A DNA stretch of 47,566 nt, taken from Toensbergia leucococca. Lineage: Eukaryota. Location: NCBI GenBank assembly GCA_022813965.1, contig JALDZS010000070.1:62001-109566 (forward strand). The letters run 5' to 3'. Both the position numbers and the translations under genes were made by a program. This document shows positions 43,571 to 47,566 of this stretch, one piece after another (position 1 is the stretch's first letter; each line of letters begins with the position of its first letter). A model generated the notes under the pieces. The model had not been told where the DNA came from, did no database searches, and worked only from the letters and a program-made list of their open reading frames with translations.

Positions 43571-45886
43571 ATGGGCAAGAACAAGAAGCGTAAGCACACC
43601 CAGTATGTTCAAGACGGCAACTCCGATCGAGATCCATCCCATGCATTTGCCCTCGCATCCACACTCGTCCATATTCAACCTCCATCCCTCTTGACTCCGA
43701 ATTCTGCATCGACAACCACTACTGCCTCACCCACTTCACAAGCCGCTGATTCTGACGGCGGAGAATGGCAGACTGTCGACGGACGAGGCAAACGTGCCAA
43801 GAAACAGAAGCGCACCAAGCAAAACGTAGTTGGGAAGAGACGCAAGGACAATTACCCAGCCTTGGCCTACTCCGAGCTTCATAGGCTTAAATCGAGTATC
43901 AAGATCTTTGAGCTGCAGAGCCTCGTTCTTTATTGCCTAGCAGATGGAACAAGCCCACAATGGCTGTCTGTGAAACACCATACCCAAGTCAAAAAGGCTG
44001 TGGTACTATTGATACCAGGTCTGGATAAGGGCATGTTTGATGGCAGTATAGTACTGCAAGAATCAACTCCCAATGGAGATGCCCAAAATACATCGTCTGA
44101 AGCCTGTGACGAGGTGGAAGCTTCCACGAAAGACGTGATTGGGTCTCGTGTAGCTAGCAATATAGCAAGCCATCCAGAAACCACCTACATAAGTTCTACA
44201 ACATCTCCAGATGAATACATGCCTACTTTGTTGAGCGCTGAGAAGCTGCCGCCGCCCTTAAAGCCCTTGGCAGACATGTTTGCTCATCTTTGGCCTGTCA
44301 GAGCTCCAGGTGATGATAAGTATTACAAGGTACATTCGCCACTCCATGCAATGCTAACAGCTCCAATCCCCAAATCCAAAGAGGAAAGGAGAGAAGATCA
44401 ACAGACTAAAGGTCCTAAACCAAAGAAAGACGGACAGTGGGAGAACAAGCGGACGCCAGTCACTGCGTTTCTTACTTCAGCCGAAGATTTACGTGAGAAT
44501 GAATACACTCTACATCCTGTTTATTTCATTAGCCCGGAAGAAAAAGACCAAGAGGCACAGCGAAGACAAAAGTCTGGAGAGACGGCTGAGACGGGATGGA
44601 CGGATACACTGGTTGACAATTTCGACGATGGGATAGTCCCGGACCAGGATATTCAGAAGGGTAGCATGACCGCCGGACGATCCATCGTCGCTATGGACTG
44701 TGAAATGTGTATGGTAGAGGGGAACGAAATGGCCCTTACCCGTATTAGTCTTGTGGACTGGACCGGAACCGTTATCATGGACGAGCTTGTCAAGCCAGAA
44801 AAACCAATTCTTGACTATCTCACCCCGTAAGCTTAGATCTGCTTACCCCATTTTAAGCATGTCAGCATCCAACAAGCCGCTTTCTAACTCCTTCTACTCC
44901 GTAGCTACTCCGGCATTACCTCAGCCAAGCTGGGTCCAATCACAACCACCCTCTCCGAAATTCAAACCAGACTGCTCACTCTGATAACCCCTCGCACCAT
45001 CCTCATCGGCCACTCGCTAAACTCCGATCTCAACGCCCTAAAGTTAACCCACCCCTTCATAATCGATACTACAATCATTTACCAGCACCCGCGCGGGCCA
45101 CCCCTCAAATCCTCCCTAAAATGGCTCGCCCAGAAGTACCTCTCTCGCGAAATCCAAAAGGGTCACGGCGCAACAGGCCACGATAGCATCGAAGACGCCC
45201 TCGCCTGTCTTGATCTCGTGAAGCTGAAATGCGAAAAGGGTCCCAGATGGGGCACCACCGAGGCATCAGGTGAATCCATCTTCAAACGCCTTGCGCGGAC
45301 CATACGTTCCGAAAGTGGCAGCGCAGGGATTGGGAAAATCGGGGCAATCATTGACCATGGTAGCCCGGAGCGCAACTTCGGTGCCATGGCTCAAGTCTGC
45401 ATCCCCTGCACCACCGACGCCGAAGTCGTCCAAGGCGTCAAGAGAGCCGTTCTCGGCGACCCTGACGGCATTCTCGTCCCAGGCGGCGGCGTGGATTTCA
45501 CCTGGGCCCGCCTTCGAGAACTCGAATCCGCACGTGGCTGGTCAAACGACAATCGCCAAGCCAACTCCATCATTTCCTTCGACCCTTTCACCACCTCCTC
45601 GAATCCTACACCCGCAACCCTCTCCGCAGCCCTCACGCAAACAATTCACCATATCAAAACCATTCACGATTTTCTTCCACCATGTACCCTCTTGATCGTC
45701 TACAGCGGCACGGGCGACCCACGCGAAATGGGGCGCTTGCAGGAGATGCAGCGGACGTTTAAGAGGGAGTATGCGGTGAGGAAGTGGGACGAATTGAGTG
45801 TGAGGTGGACGGATGTTGAGGAGCAGGCGTTGAGGAAGGCGTGTGGGGTTGCGAGGGCCGGGGTGGGGTTTGTGGGGATTGTGTGA
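43571..45886 (+). CDS. DEDDh 3'-5' RNA exonuclease, REX1/RNH70-like
   Basis: Exons 43571-44826 and 44905-45886. ExoI AMDCEM, then LVKPEKPILDYLTPYSGIT, ExoII ILIGHSLNSDLNALKL, IIDT and ExoIII GHDSIEDA; basic NLS-rich N-terminus. Confidence 0.9.
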
Positions 45887-47293
45887 TGCTCGGGAAGACT
45901 GCTGCGTGTTGCGTAGGGTGGTTTGTTGGTGCGCGCTTGAGTGCTTTTGCCGCTTTGCGGATTTGTCTGGCAGGGATGTCATTCAACTTGATCCGTTTTA
46001 TGGGCTCATGTTTTCGGCTAGCTAGGTGGTTTTGCAATACTAAGGCTTTACCCTGTTGCAGAATTCTCATTCAATAGAGATGTGAGATGCTTTTTCTTTT
46101 GGCTTTTTATTCCCTTTTTTGTTATCATGGCTTTTTTTCTTGGGCTTTTTACTCTGGTTTGCTTGCTAGTGCTTGATATCATCTACGAATTGATGGTTTG
46201 GATTGAGAGACTGCTGTACAAAACTCGTTTCTTGTTCTTGTTTCTTTCCTTCGCGCTGGGTTTGGATGGGGTTTTCTTTTTCTTCTTTTTTCTGTTTTTT
46301 TGGAAAGTTTGAGGGTTTTTTTGAGGGGGGTTGAAGGGTATTGTTTTTGACTGTCACCTCTTTTTTCTTTTTCTTCTTTTGATTGAAGTTGTTTGAGTTG
46401 TTTTAGTTATTATTCAAGAAGTCTGAGAGTGAGAGTGAGAGTGTTGCGAAAATATCTAGTGGGATTTTCTGGTGTGATTTTTCATCTATCTTCCTTCACA
46501 AATTCTTCTATTTCTCTCTTTTCTTCTTCTTTACTCAAATCTCAAACCTCACTGTCTCAGCAGACCTCTAAGAAAAAAAAAAGGAGAGAGAGACAGTTTT
46601 CTTATATCTGTATTTCTTTTCTTTCAACTACAACCTATCCTGTTAAAGACGCTGTATTCAGAAATATCAATCAGAGGTTTACATTTTTGAAACAAATTTA
46701 TCCTTTTTGTTTTTAGAGAGTAAGGATTTTAGGGAAAATGAAAAGGAGAGAGACAGATGTACCCTTGATTGATGGTGTGAATAGCTGCTGAATGAAAGAA
46801 CTTGATTGACTGATCAATCAATCAATTCAAAAGAAGTTATACAAAAGATGAAAAAATCAAACAGACCACACCCCCCCGTCAAAAAAGAAAGCTCTTTTCC
46901 AAAAACCTCAGAGACAACAGTCAGTAAAATACCACATTAACATCTCCACCAGGGTGAAAAAGTCAGATCAGGCCACGAAGTAACCGAGTAAACAAAAAAC
47001 AAGCGTTCAAACAAAAAACAAATTGCAAACTTTTTCCTCTACCTACACCAATCTCTGACGAAGGGATAGGCCTGCCTGCCTAGACAAGGAAAGAACACGC
47101 TCGTAAGAGTGTCTAGGTGAGATGGAAGTGAGGGGTGGCGTGAGTGAGTTGCAGGTAGAAGGAAGTGGGTAAAAGGGCAGGAGGGCCGAAATAGAGAAAA
47201 GGGGGTTTATTTCAGCAATAGAAAAGGGCCAGAGGCGGGCAGTGGAAAGAAAGAAAAGCGTCGCTCAGAAACCATACAAACCCCCCTCTCCCT

Positions 47294-47330
47294 CAAAACC
47301 CAAAAACCCAAAAACCCAAAAACCCAAAAA
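47294..47330. repeat. (AAAAACCC)n short tandem repeat just downstream of the mL54 stop codon
   Basis: Sequence caaaacccaaaaacccaaaaacccaaaaacccaaaaa. Confidence 0.75.
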
Positions 47331-47339
47331 AAACAAAAA

Positions 47340-47566
47340 CTACCGCATCCCCCTCAAAAAATTCGCCTCCTTAATCCCCTTCCTCCTCTCCGCCCTCATC
47401 GCCCCTCTCAACTCCTCCCTCACCCCCACCGCCCTCAATCCCCCCTCCAAACTCCCGTCCCCAGCATACAAATCCACACTCTGCCGCTCCAGCGGCACTT
47501 TGGGCGCCGGGTCTAGGGCGAGGGCTGCTTTGGCGTTTTTGGCGGCCAGGCGGCGCTGTTTTTTGG
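47340..47566 (-). CDS. 3' end of mitochondrial large-subunit ribosomal protein mL54 (yeast MrpL37 family); 5' part lies outside the window
   Basis: Manual translation, absent from the ORF track: KKQRRLAAKNAKAALALDPAPKVPLERQSVDLYAGDGSLEGGLRAVGVREELRGAMRAERRKGIKEANFLRGMR*. The C-terminal RRKxIKExNFL resembles fungal mL54. Confidence 0.75.
   Translation of the reverse strand, partial: KKQRRLAAKNAKAALALDPAPKVPLERQSVDLYAGDGSLEGGLRAVGVREELRGAMRAERRKGIKEANFLRGMR

Noticed and set aside
47294..47330. Telomere-like repeat
   Set aside because: The unit AAAAACCC is not the Pezizomycotina CCCTAA repeat, there are only about four copies, and it sits in a 3' UTR position.
1600..47339. Intact transposable elements or CRISPR-like arrays in the low-complexity islands
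   Set aside because: I could not see transposase or reverse-transcriptase motifs, terminal repeats, target-site duplications or a repeat-spacer periodicity.

Overview
This is a gene-dense nuclear segment from a filamentous ascomycete (Pezizomycotina, inferred from the protein families and the short GT-AG introns with CTAAC/CTGAC-type branch sites). It holds about 17 apparently intact protein-coding genes, two of them cut by the window edges. In order: alkyl sulfatase (5'-truncated, ends in -SKL), threonine aldolase GLY1, an Esc1/DevR-like bHLH factor, an F-box-like orphan, TPA1/Ofd1, a Cys-rich protein, PEX5, a 2xRRM protein, an S53 sedolisin, a Ser/Thr-rich single-pass membrane protein, NUS1, SEC10, RanGAP RNA1, a bZIP factor, an OPT transporter, a REX1-like exonuclease and the 3' end of mitochondrial ribosomal mL54. 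A doubly frameshifted MBOAT/wax-synthase-like gene also lies between TPA1 and the Cys-rich gene. I found no intact transposon, CRISPR array or biosynthetic cluster, and I cannot claim a proven new biological system. The most unusual signal is a repeated, mirror-symmetric C-rich to G-rich compositional wave centred on convergent gene ends and on CpG-poor low-complexity islands; it appears to reshape codon usage and the C-terminal amino-acid composition of conserved proteins. Other points of interest are a start codon split by an intron (AT|G), a degenerate tRNA-Met-like element with a perfect B-box, a PTS1 on the alkyl sulfatase and decayed gene relics with two different mutational signatures. 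All exon boundaries were read by eye and all family assignments come from motif recognition; no database searches were run.
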